A stretch of DNA of 64,000 bases. It comes from a bacterium (GTDB taxonomy: Bacteria > Patescibacteriota > Patescibacteriia > UBA9570). Where the stretch lies: positions 44,726-108,725 of the forward strand of contig JAUYKW010000018.1 of NCBI GenBank assembly GCA_030698395.1. The letters run 5' to 3'. Positions 7,078 to 15,315 of this stretch are shown here, in pieces. The stretch's first letter is position 1, and every line of letters starts with the position of its first letter. The position numbers and the translations under genes are program-made. The notes beneath the pieces were generated by a model. That model was not told the DNA's origin, searched no databases, and worked only from the letters and a program-made list of their open reading frames with translations.

Positions 7078-7166
7078 CCTTAATCTTATAAATTATGTTT
7101 TAGACTTTTTTGTTTGTAAGTAACACAAAAGTTGAAAGCAGAATTTGTTTCTTTTAGAATCGCTAA

Positions 7167-8093
7167 CTAAGTTATTTTTAAGAGCATTACGAATTGCTCG
7201 AATGCAGAAAAATATTTCTTCGGACGTAATGTTGTATTTTGGTATTCCAACATTACTTCTATCATATAATCATCATGTGTAAACAGAACTACTCGTGATG
7301 GAGAGCTGGTTGTTGTTTCTAACATTAATCCATTTCGTTGGGAGATTTCTGGAATTGATTCAAGAATGTTAGCATTAATATATTCTGGTCTGTATTTTTT
7401 AATCCAATCAAGTGTTGTAACAGTGTCATTTTCTGCTAGTGATATTGTAAGGCTAGCACTTTCTCGATCCTTTGTTTGTAATTTTATTTTGTCTGGACCG
7501 ACTGTATTTACTTCAAAATAGTCTTCATACTCAATCGATAACTCTCCAGCATTAGTATTGAATTGTCTTTCTTGCATTGCTACCGGGTGAGTTATTTTTC
7601 CGTAGGATATATTTTCATCATATGCAGACACCATATTAATATGAGAGCTATATACAACAACTAATACCATAAAACCAATTACAACTAACGCGCAAGCGCT
7701 AAAGAAATGTTCGCCAAAACTTAACTTATTAATTTTAGATTTTTCTTCAATAGTTATTACAGGTGTTTCATTGTCACTCTCAATAGATTCAATGGGTGCA
7801 ACAGAATCGATACTTTCTATCGGTGAAATTGGTTCTAATTCTAATTTTTCAACTATGGACTGTTTTTCTGGAACTGGTTTTGATTTCTTTTGTACTTTTT
7901 TCTTAGCAACAGGTTTCTTAACAACAGTCTTTTTTGTAGTAATTTTTTTAGGTGCTTTTTTAACGGCAATGCTTTTCTTCTTTTTATTAGCTGTAACCTT
8001 TGTTACTTTAGTCGGGGCTTTGGCTTTATTCTCTTTTGCCTTGCTGACTTTAGTATTTTTTGGTTTGCTTATTTTTTTTGTTATTTTTGCCAT
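7167..8093 (-). CDS. Hypothetical bitopic membrane protein with a polycationic Lys-rich N-terminal tail
   Basis: By my count, 31 of the first 77 residues are Lys (AKKxP/KKxV repeats, histone-H1-like). This is followed by a PIESI(D/E)S repeat, one TM helix (FFSACALVVIGFMVLVVVYSS) and a ~160-aa C-terminal domain. Confidence 0.6.
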   Translation of the reverse strand: MAKITKKISKPKNTKVSKAKENKAKAPTKVTKVTANKKKKSIAVKKAPKKITTKKTVVKKPVAKKKVQKKSKPVPEKQSIVEKLELEPISPIESIDSVAPIESIESDNETPVITIEEKSKINKLSFGEHFFSACALVVIGFMVLVVVYSSHINMVSAYDENISYGKITHPVAMQERQFNTNAGELSIEYEDYFEVNTVGPDKIKLQTKDRESASLTISLAENDTVTTLDWIKKYRPEYINANILESIPEISQRNGLMLETTTSSPSRVVLFTHDDYMIEVMLEYQNTTLRPKKYFSAFEQFVMLLKIT

Positions 8094-8138
8094 GGTTTAA
8101 TATTATATTCCTCCAAATAAAAATATATTATAGCGAAG

Positions 8139-10208
8139 CTACATTTTTTCTACAAGTTTTTCTGGAATATCTGCAATAAATCTAGAAGCACTTACAATTT
8201 TTGTAGTACCAAACACAGTTCGCTGATTAGCATAAATAAGATATGCTCGTTCACGGGCGCGGGTTAATGCCACATAGCATAGACGACGCTCTTCCTCCAT
8301 TTCTAGTGGTTGGAATAAACTTCTGGCATGTGGAAATAGCCCTTCTTCCATACCTGCAACGAATACGTTATTGAATTCTAAACCTTTAGCAGCGTGTACA
8401 GTCATCATAGTGACTGCATTGGTGCTTTCGTCAACATCATCTTGATCTGAAATGAGAGCAACTTCTTCTAAGAAAGAGTTGATGCCAGCTTGACCAGGTA
8501 AATGATCGAATTTTTTGGTAACTGATTTTAATTCTTCAATATTTTCTATGCGACGTTGATCTTCTGATAGCTTTGGTGAGAATTGATCAGTGTAGCCGGT
8601 TTTGTCTGCAATCATAGTTAGTAAATCAGACGGAGTTTTTTCTGGAGCTGCCGCAATAATTTCTTGCATGGTTTTTTGAAAATTTAAAAAAGCTAGCCTT
8701 TGCTTTTCTCTTAAGGGTGGTAATTTGGTTTCAGATAATTCAACAAAGGTTGCTTCATTATCTCTGCAGGCTTGTTCTATTTTTAGCCAGCTATTTCTGC
8801 CTAATGATCTGGCAGGTATATTATAAATTCGTTCTAAACTTACCCAGTCAGCCGGATTAGCTACTACTTTCATATAAGCGATGAAATCCTTAATTTCTTT
8901 GCGCTCGTAAAATTTAATACCACCGATTAAACGATAAGGGATATTGTATTTCATGAAAGTTTCTTCTAGAGCACGTGATTGAGCATTGGTTCTATATAAA
9001 ATCACATACTCAGCAAGGTTGATATCTCGTTTTTGCCTTTTAATAACTTCTTCTAGAGCTAGATCCACTTTGTAATCTTTGAAAGTTTGACTTTTCATAA
9101 TTTTATCCAAAATGGACTCATCGGCTTCTGCTATTTGAATAGGGGTATATGAAATATCGTCATTGTCTTTTGGTTCGTTATTGTCCGAAAAATCAAATAT
9201 CTCTCTGATAATGAATTCTCCTTCGAGTTGTTCGTTTTCTACCTCTTTTACGACAATTTTATGTCCCCTGTCATTATCCGTCCAAAGAACCTTTTCCTTT
9301 TGAGAGGTATTATATTTAATAACTTCGTTGGCTGCTTCTAAAATACGTTTGGTGGATCGATAATTTTGTTCTAGTAGCACAACAACTGCATCTGGGTAAT
9401 CATCTTCGAAGTCTAGAATATTTTGTAAATTAGCTCCTCGCCATGAGTAGATGGACTGAAAGTCATCTCCTACTACACAGATATTATGATGCTTATCAGC
9501 TAATTGGTGGACTAATGTATATTGAGCATGATTAGTATCTTGATACTCATCAACCAAGATGTATTTAAATGCTGCTTGGTATTTTTTTAATACTTCTGGA
9601 TGTTCCTGAAAAAGTTTTACTGTTAATTGAATCAAATCATCAAAATCAAGTGCATTATTTCGTTGTAATTCCCCTTGATATTTACTATAAACATGAGCAG
9701 CAGTTTTTTCGATAGTTTCACTTGCCTCAGCTTCGTATGCACTAACATCCTTTAAATCATTTTTTGCACTCGATATCATGTATTTAATTATTTTAGGTGC
9801 GATTACTTTAGTATCGTATCCTAAATCTTTCATACATTTTTTAATCAAGGAATCACTATCCGATGCATCGTAGATGACATAATTAGTATCGTATCCTAAG
9901 ATTTCAATTTCTCGTCTTAAAATTTGTACACAAATTGAATGGAATGTACCTACTACCGGTAATTTTTTTACTTTGCCTTTAAGTAACTTTTGTAAGCGAT
10001 CTTTAATTTCTCCAGCAGCTTTGTTTGTGAATGTTACTGCTAAAATATTCCATGGCTTAACATCTTCCGTTGCAATAATGTAAGCAATCCGATGAATTAA
10101 GGTTTTGGTTTTTCCAGAACCAGCTCCAGCTAAAATTAAAAGGGGTCCATTAGTTTGTTGGACCGCTTTGCGTTGTCTATCGTTTAGAGGGGCTAGTAAT
10201 ATATGCAT
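8139..10208 (-). CDS. pcrA: ATP-dependent DNA helicase PcrA/UvrD (SF1)
   Basis: Motifs LAGAGSGKT, VDEYQDTN, QNYRST and VHAAKGLEF. The track start at 10247 is TTG. ATG at 10208 gives the typical N-terminus MHILLAPLNDRQRKAV. Confidence 0.9.
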   Translation of the reverse strand: MHILLAPLNDRQRKAVQQTNGPLLILAGAGSGKTKTLIHRIAYIIATEDVKPWNILAVTFTNKAAGEIKDRLQKLLKGKVKKLPVVGTFHSICVQILRREIEILGYDTNYVIYDASDSDSLIKKCMKDLGYDTKVIAPKIIKYMISSAKNDLKDVSAYEAEASETIEKTAAHVYSKYQGELQRNNALDFDDLIQLTVKLFQEHPEVLKKYQAAFKYILVDEYQDTNHAQYTLVHQLADKHHNICVVGDDFQSIYSWRGANLQNILDFEDDYPDAVVVLLEQNYRSTKRILEAANEVIKYNTSQKEKVLWTDNDRGHKIVVKEVENEQLEGEFIIREIFDFSDNNEPKDNDDISYTPIQIAEADESILDKIMKSQTFKDYKVDLALEEVIKRQKRDINLAEYVILYRTNAQSRALEETFMKYNIPYRLIGGIKFYERKEIKDFIAYMKVVANPADWVSLERIYNIPARSLGRNSWLKIEQACRDNEATFVELSETKLPPLREKQRLAFLNFQKTMQEIIAAAPEKTPSDLLTMIADKTGYTDQFSPKLSEDQRRIENIEELKSVTKKFDHLPGQAGINSFLEEVALISDQDDVDESTNAVTMMTVHAAKGLEFNNVFVAGMEEGLFPHARSLFQPLEMEEERRLCYVALTRARERAYLIYANQRTVFGTTKIVSASRFIADIPEKLVEKM

Positions 10209-10305
10209 AGCGGATGATAGAATACCACATTTTTTGCAGTGATACAATTTTTCTATATTTTACTAAATTTGTAACCAAGTTGTATTTTTGTGGTAACATT
10301 ATTCT

Positions 10306-11223
10306 ATGCAAGACTTTATAATAAAAACTTCAACCGGAGACGAAATTGAGGTTTATGCTGAACAGTTAGTTAAAAAAAGCAATCAAGGAACAATCGTTGC
10401 CGGTAAACATTTAGGAACCAATGAAGATGTGGTAGTAAAAATATCTCATCCTTTTTCTTTGATTAATGATACAGATCATACAGCTGGTGATAAGACTCAT
10501 GTATTAAGAGAATTAGAGATTTTACCACAGCTGTCTGGAGTTGATGGTATTCCAAAATTCATCGCATCTCATAAGCTGGTTGAGCCAGGAAAAAATGAAC
10601 GATATATTTTTGCAATGTCAAAAGTTAATGGGATTGATTTTGAAGAACGGCGGAAGCAAGATACGGAGCGAAGATTAACATGTGCGGAGGCGACAGATTT
10701 ATTAAAGCAAGTTGGATTAATTTTACAGCAAGCACATGAGCGGGATATTATTCATCGTGATTTAAAATTGAGTAACTTTATGATTTCACCGGATGGTAAG
10801 ATTTCGATAGTGGATTGGGGTACAGCTAAACATATTAGTCAGCCAAAAGATTCTTTTAGCGGTAGTACGCCAGATCATACTGTTATAGGAACGGTGCAAT
10901 TTGTTTCTTACGAACAGATAACTGGTCAGAAGCTAGATCAACGAACAGACATTTATTCACTTGGAGCAGTTACAGCATTGTTACGTTATGGGCCAAAAAT
11001 TAGTCAACGTTACGTGATTGATGAACAAGGTACGGTAACACAGCGCGAGAAAGGAAAGATAGCGAAAGCAGTTGCCGCTCGCGAAACTTTAAAATATGAA
11101 CTGTTTCCTAAGCCTGAAGATGACTGTGAACGTACTTTGCAGGCTGTACTTAAAAAAATGACAGATCCGGATAAGGAGAAGCGTTTTCAGTCAATGAGAG
11201 CAATGATTGAGGCAATTTCTTGA
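10306..11223 (+). CDS. Stand-alone Hanks-type Ser/Thr protein kinase domain (atypical)
   Basis: Catalytic loop HRDLKLSNF, DWG in place of DFG, VVVKI lysine, and a degenerate Gly-rich loop. No TM, PASTA or other sensor domain. Confidence 0.75.
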   Translation: MQDFIIKTSTGDEIEVYAEQLVKKSNQGTIVAGKHLGTNEDVVVKISHPFSLINDTDHTAGDKTHVLRELEILPQLSGVDGIPKFIASHKLVEPGKNERYIFAMSKVNGIDFEERRKQDTERRLTCAEATDLLKQVGLILQQAHERDIIHRDLKLSNFMISPDGKISIVDWGTAKHISQPKDSFSGSTPDHTVIGTVQFVSYEQITGQKLDQRTDIYSLGAVTALLRYGPKISQRYVIDEQGTVTQREKGKIAKAVAARETLKYELFPKPEDDCERTLQAVLKKMTDPDKEKRFQSMRAMIEAIS

Positions 11224-11261
11224 TATATGTTGACGATGATAAAAGTGCATAATTTTAGACG

Positions 11262-11290
11262 TTGACAATATATAACTAATATTGTAGTAT
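11262..11290 (+). promoter_or_regulatory. Sigma70-like promoter upstream of secG
   Basis: TTGACA (11262-11267), 17-nt spacer ending in TG, TAGTAT (11285-11290). ATG at 11306. Confidence 0.55.
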
Positions 11291-11305
11291 CACTACGTTC
11301 AATTT

Positions 11306-11530
11306 ATGGATCTTAATATCGTAATTTTAATAGCACAGATCATAGTTTCCATTTTAATGGTTGTTGTGATATTGATGCAACAAAAAGGTGCAGGCTTGGG
11401 CTCGGCTTTTGGTGGTGGTGATGCAGTGTACACAACTCGGAGAGGACCAGAAAAGTTTATTTTCAATTCAACTATAATTTTAGCAGTATTATTCCTTGGT
11501 CTAAGTATAGTAGCCTTTTTTCTGCAGTAA
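11306..11530 (+). CDS. secG: Preprotein translocase subunit SecG
   Basis: 74 aa with two TM helices flanking the Gly-rich loop MQQKGAGLGSAFGGG, which is typical of SecG. Confidence 0.8.
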   Translation: MDLNIVILIAQIIVSILMVVVILMQQKGAGLGSAFGGGDAVYTTRRGPEKFIFNSTIILAVLFLGLSIVAFFLQ

Positions 11531-11538
11531 AGTAATTT

Positions 11539-13308
11539 ATGCCAAATAAGAATCGACGAGAGCGGGCAAGCCGACTTGTTGTGGGAGTATCTAAAAAGAA
11601 GATGCCTTCACTAGGACAGCTCCGCTACATTAATAATTTATTATCAGGTAAAGAAAGAATAATCATTGGATTGAGTTTTTTATTTTTTTTCCTGTCTATT
11701 ATTTTTATTGGGTCTTATCGTTATTTATCAACTACAGAAGTGCAACCAAAGATTGGTGGAGAATACATAGAAGCAGTGGTTGGACATCCGCAATATATTA
11801 ATCCAGTATTATCACAGACCAATGACGTTGATTTGGATATTTCTAAATTATTGTATTCTGGATTATTTATTCGGACCAAGGTTCAGCGTCTAGAACCTGA
11901 TTTAGTGAGCGATTATGAAATTTCAGAAGATCAACTAACATATACATTTTATTTACGAAGAGATGCATATTGGCATGATGGTGAGGCGTTAACTGCTAAT
12001 GACGTAATTTTTACAATACAATCAATTCAAGATCCAAATTATCAGAGTCCTTTAGAACCAAGTTTGCGTGGTGTAGAGGTAGTTAAAGTTGATGACTATA
12101 CATTAACTTTAACATTGAAAGAACCATTTGCTCCTTTCTTATCTAGCTTAACATTCGGTATTTTGCCGGAACATATTTGGTTTAATGCCTATAAAGGATC
12201 GGTACAAAATATTACATTGTCAGAATATAATGTGAAACCTATTGGATCCGGACCCTTCGTGTTTGATAAATTAGTAAAAGATAGTGCTGGAGTACTAAAA
12301 TCTTATACAGTAGTGCCATTTGAAAAATATTATGGAAAACATCCATATCTAGAAAGCGTTACTTTTGTTTTTACACCAGACTTAATAAGTGCTACAGAGT
12401 TATTGCGTCGGAAGGAAGTTGATGCTGTAGCTTTTATCTCACCAGATCAAAAGTTAGAGCTACAAAAACAACATAAACAATTACAATATTACAATTTGAA
12501 ATTGCCTCAGTATACAGCCTTATTTTTTAATCAGGAACATTCCGATATATTAGCTAGAGATGAGGTAAGACAAGCAATTGTGTGGGGTGTAGATCGTGAT
12601 TCAATGATAGAACAGGCATTGCAAGGAGATGGAGAGCCAATTTTCACACCAATTTTAAAAGGGTACATTGGACATAATGATGATATTGAAAAATATGGCT
12701 TTGATATTGCTAAGGGAATAGAAATATTGGAAGAAGGTGGCTGGATACTGGAGGATGGTACTGAATTTAGAACTCGTAAGGACGAAACTTTAGAATTTGG
12801 AATTGCTACGGTGAATCAAGATGAATTCTTAAAAACTTTAGAGATTTTAAAAGAGAATTGGACAAAAATGGGCATAAAGGTTACTGTAGATGTGTATGAG
12901 CCGGAGGATATTCATGAGCAAATCATAAAGCCACGTAAATACGAAGCATTACTATTTGGAGAGATTGTTGGTGTTGATCCAGATCCATACGCATTCTGGC
13001 ATTCAACTCAAATGGAGCATCCTGGGTTAGCATTATCTATTTTTTATCAAAAAAATATTGATGATTTGCTAGAAACTGCACGTAAAGAAAGTGATGAAGA
13101 AGAACGACGATTAAAATACTTACATTTCCAGAATATTTTAGCTGAAGAGTTACCGGCAATTTTCCTTTATAATCCATACTATACTTATGCAATCCATCGA
13201 GATGTGCAGGGTGTAGATCCACAATATATTACTACTCCGGCTGATAGATTTGCTGATATATCCAACTGGTATAGAAAAACTGAACGGGTAAAGAATACGG
13301 ACTCCTAA
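11539..13308 (+). CDS. ABC-transporter family-5 (Opp/Dpp-like) solute-binding protein, membrane-anchored
   Basis: 589 aa. A basic N-terminus and TM anchor (IIIGLSFLFFFLSIIFIG) replace a lipobox. SBP_bac_5-like body (YTFYLRRDAYWHDGEALTANDV). No cognate permease or ATPase is adjacent. Confidence 0.7.
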   Translation: MPNKNRRERASRLVVGVSKKKMPSLGQLRYINNLLSGKERIIIGLSFLFFFLSIIFIGSYRYLSTTEVQPKIGGEYIEAVVGHPQYINPVLSQTNDVDLDISKLLYSGLFIRTKVQRLEPDLVSDYEISEDQLTYTFYLRRDAYWHDGEALTANDVIFTIQSIQDPNYQSPLEPSLRGVEVVKVDDYTLTLTLKEPFAPFLSSLTFGILPEHIWFNAYKGSVQNITLSEYNVKPIGSGPFVFDKLVKDSAGVLKSYTVVPFEKYYGKHPYLESVTFVFTPDLISATELLRRKEVDAVAFISPDQKLELQKQHKQLQYYNLKLPQYTALFFNQEHSDILARDEVRQAIVWGVDRDSMIEQALQGDGEPIFTPILKGYIGHNDDIEKYGFDIAKGIEILEEGGWILEDGTEFRTRKDETLEFGIATVNQDEFLKTLEILKENWTKMGIKVTVDVYEPEDIHEQIIKPRKYEALLFGEIVGVDPDPYAFWHSTQMEHPGLALSIFYQKNIDDLLETARKESDEEERRLKYLHFQNILAEELPAIFLYNPYYTYAIHRDVQGVDPQYITTPADRFADISNWYRKTERVKNTDS

Positions 13309-13409
13309 TAAATATAAAATATAACTTTGATAGCAGAGGGACTTCGCTAATGTCTCTGCTGTCGTAATTAATAAAGTACTAACAAATAATTGTTAGTTTA
13401 AGAATAAAT

Positions 13410-15218
13410 ATGATAAAAAAATCAGACAAAACATACAGATCAAATGAAGCAGATACAAGGAAGCGAAAAGCGCGAACACTGCAAAGAACGGTAAGTAAAA
13501 GATCCGGTGGTAGAAAAACATTAAGTATTAATGGTTACCAAGGACCAACAAATAAACGTTCAAAATTACGTGTTGCCATTGTAGGTGGCGCAGAAGAAGT
13601 AGGAAGAAACATGACCATGGTTGAATACGGTAATGATATCGTATTGATTGATTGTGGTTTACAGTTTCCAGAAGAAGATCAACCGGGTATTGATTACATC
13701 ATCCCAAATGTTTCTTATCTAAAGGGACGAGAAAAAGATGTAAAGGGTATTATAATTACTCACGGTCATTATGATCACATTGGTGGTATTCCACATATTT
13801 CACCAGTTCTTCACCATCCTCCAATTTATGGTACGAAATTAACTAATGGAATAATTAACAAGCGTCAGGATGATTTTCCTGATAAGGGTAAATTAGATTT
13901 ACGGGAAATTGATCCTGAGAAATCTATTCAACTTGGTATTTTTAACATCGAATTTTTTCGAGTGAATCATAACATCCCTGATTGCGTTGGTATTATTGTA
14001 CATACACCCGAAGGTACATTAGTTCATACTGGAGATTTTAAATTTGACCTTCAACCAATCATGGATGAAGTTACTGATTTTGCAAAGATTGCAAATATTG
14101 GTAAGCAAGGTGTATTAGCTTTGTTGTCCGATTCTACAAATGCTCCTTCACCAGGACATCAGTTATCTGAAAGTAAAATTGGCTTAACACTTGATGAAAT
14201 ATTTAGTAAGTCTACTGGACGAATTATAGTTGGAACATTTGCTTCGTTGTTAAATCGTTTACAGCAAGTAATCTGGATTTCTGAAAAATACGGTCGTAAA
14301 GTAGTTGTAGAAGGATATAGCATGAAGAGTAATATTGAAATATCTCATAAGTTGGGATATTTGAAAGTTAATCCAAAAACATTAATTTCACCAAAAGAAG
14401 CTTTGAAGTTACCAGATGATAAGGTAACTATCATGTGTACTGGTGCTCAAGGAGAGAGTAATGCTGCTTTGATGCGGATTGCAAATCGTGAGCATAGATT
14501 TTTCAAGATTGCTCAAGGAGATACAATAATCTTTTCTTCTTCAGTTATTCCTGGAAACGAAAGAACAGTACAGCGATTGAAAGATACTCTTTTAAAGGAA
14601 GGTGCACATGTAATTCATTATGAAATGATGGATGTTCATGCTGGTGGTCATGCTAAAGCTGAAGATTTGAAATTACTATTCAGATTGTTAAATCCAAAAT
14701 ACATTATCCCTGTGGAAGGAAATAGATTCTTATTAGAAGCTTCAAAAGGTATAGCGAAAGAGTTGGGTTGGACAGATGAGACCGCCTTAGTAACAACTAA
14801 CGGACAAATCATTCAATTTTCTGGTGGCGAAGGTAAGTTACTGAAAGAAAAAATTCCAACTGATTATGTAATGGTTGATGGATTAGGTGTTGGAGATGTA
14901 CAAGAAATTGTATTACGTGATCGACAGTTAATGAGTGAGGACGGAATGTTTGTGATTATCGTTACTATTAAGAAACAAACTGGAGAATTAATCGGTAGTC
15001 CAGATATTATTTCTCGTGGTTTCGTGTACATGAAAGATGCAAAGCATTTAATTGAGGATGCTCGTAGTCAAGTAAAGAAAATATGTGCTAAGAATAATCC
15101 AGAGAATGCATCAAATCCTATGTGGTTGAAGAATAAGTTGCGAGATGATATGGGTCAGTTCTTATTTCAAAGAATTCAAAGACGACCAATGATTCTGCCA
15201 GTTGTGGTAGAAGTTTAA
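13410..15218 (+). CDS. rnj: Ribonuclease J (metallo-beta-lactamase/beta-CASP) with a basic N-terminal extension
   Basis: HGHYDHIGG motif, beta-CASP region and conserved C-terminal domain. About 50 aa of Lys/Arg-rich sequence lie ahead of LRVAIVGG. Confidence 0.85.
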   Translation: MIKKSDKTYRSNEADTRKRKARTLQRTVSKRSGGRKTLSINGYQGPTNKRSKLRVAIVGGAEEVGRNMTMVEYGNDIVLIDCGLQFPEEDQPGIDYIIPNVSYLKGREKDVKGIIITHGHYDHIGGIPHISPVLHHPPIYGTKLTNGIINKRQDDFPDKGKLDLREIDPEKSIQLGIFNIEFFRVNHNIPDCVGIIVHTPEGTLVHTGDFKFDLQPIMDEVTDFAKIANIGKQGVLALLSDSTNAPSPGHQLSESKIGLTLDEIFSKSTGRIIVGTFASLLNRLQQVIWISEKYGRKVVVEGYSMKSNIEISHKLGYLKVNPKTLISPKEALKLPDDKVTIMCTGAQGESNAALMRIANREHRFFKIAQGDTIIFSSSVIPGNERTVQRLKDTLLKEGAHVIHYEMMDVHAGGHAKAEDLKLLFRLLNPKYIIPVEGNRFLLEASKGIAKELGWTDETALVTTNGQIIQFSGGEGKLLKEKIPTDYVMVDGLGVGDVQEIVLRDRQLMSEDGMFVIIVTIKKQTGELIGSPDIISRGFVYMKDAKHLIEDARSQVKKICAKNNPENASNPMWLKNKLRDDMGQFLFQRIQRRPMILPVVVEV

Positions 15219-15260
15219 GATCCTTTCCTGTCTGTAAAAATGTAGGGTCAGTATTTGAAA

Positions 15261-15296
15261 AGTAGAAACGTAGCATGCTACGTTTCTACTTTTTTA
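15261..15296. terminator. Strong (potentially bidirectional) intrinsic terminator after rnj
   Basis: Perfect 30-nt palindrome AGTAGAAACGTAGCATGCTACGTTTCTACT (15261-15290), followed by TTTTTT and preceded by GAAAA. Confidence 0.85.
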
Positions 15297-15315
15297 TTTA
15301 TGCTATAATACAAAT

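Noticed and set aside
5829-7105. TTAGAC at 5829-5834 and 7100-7105 as a possible target-site duplication flanking the island.
   Set aside because: It is only 6 bp. The same hexamer also occurs at the secG promoter (11255-11260) and at 26532-26537, so a chance match in AT-rich DNA is likely.
13332-13360. Hairpin AGCAGAG...CTCTGCT after the SBP gene as a terminator.
   Set aside because: The stem is interrupted and no T-tract follows, so it is too weak to annotate.
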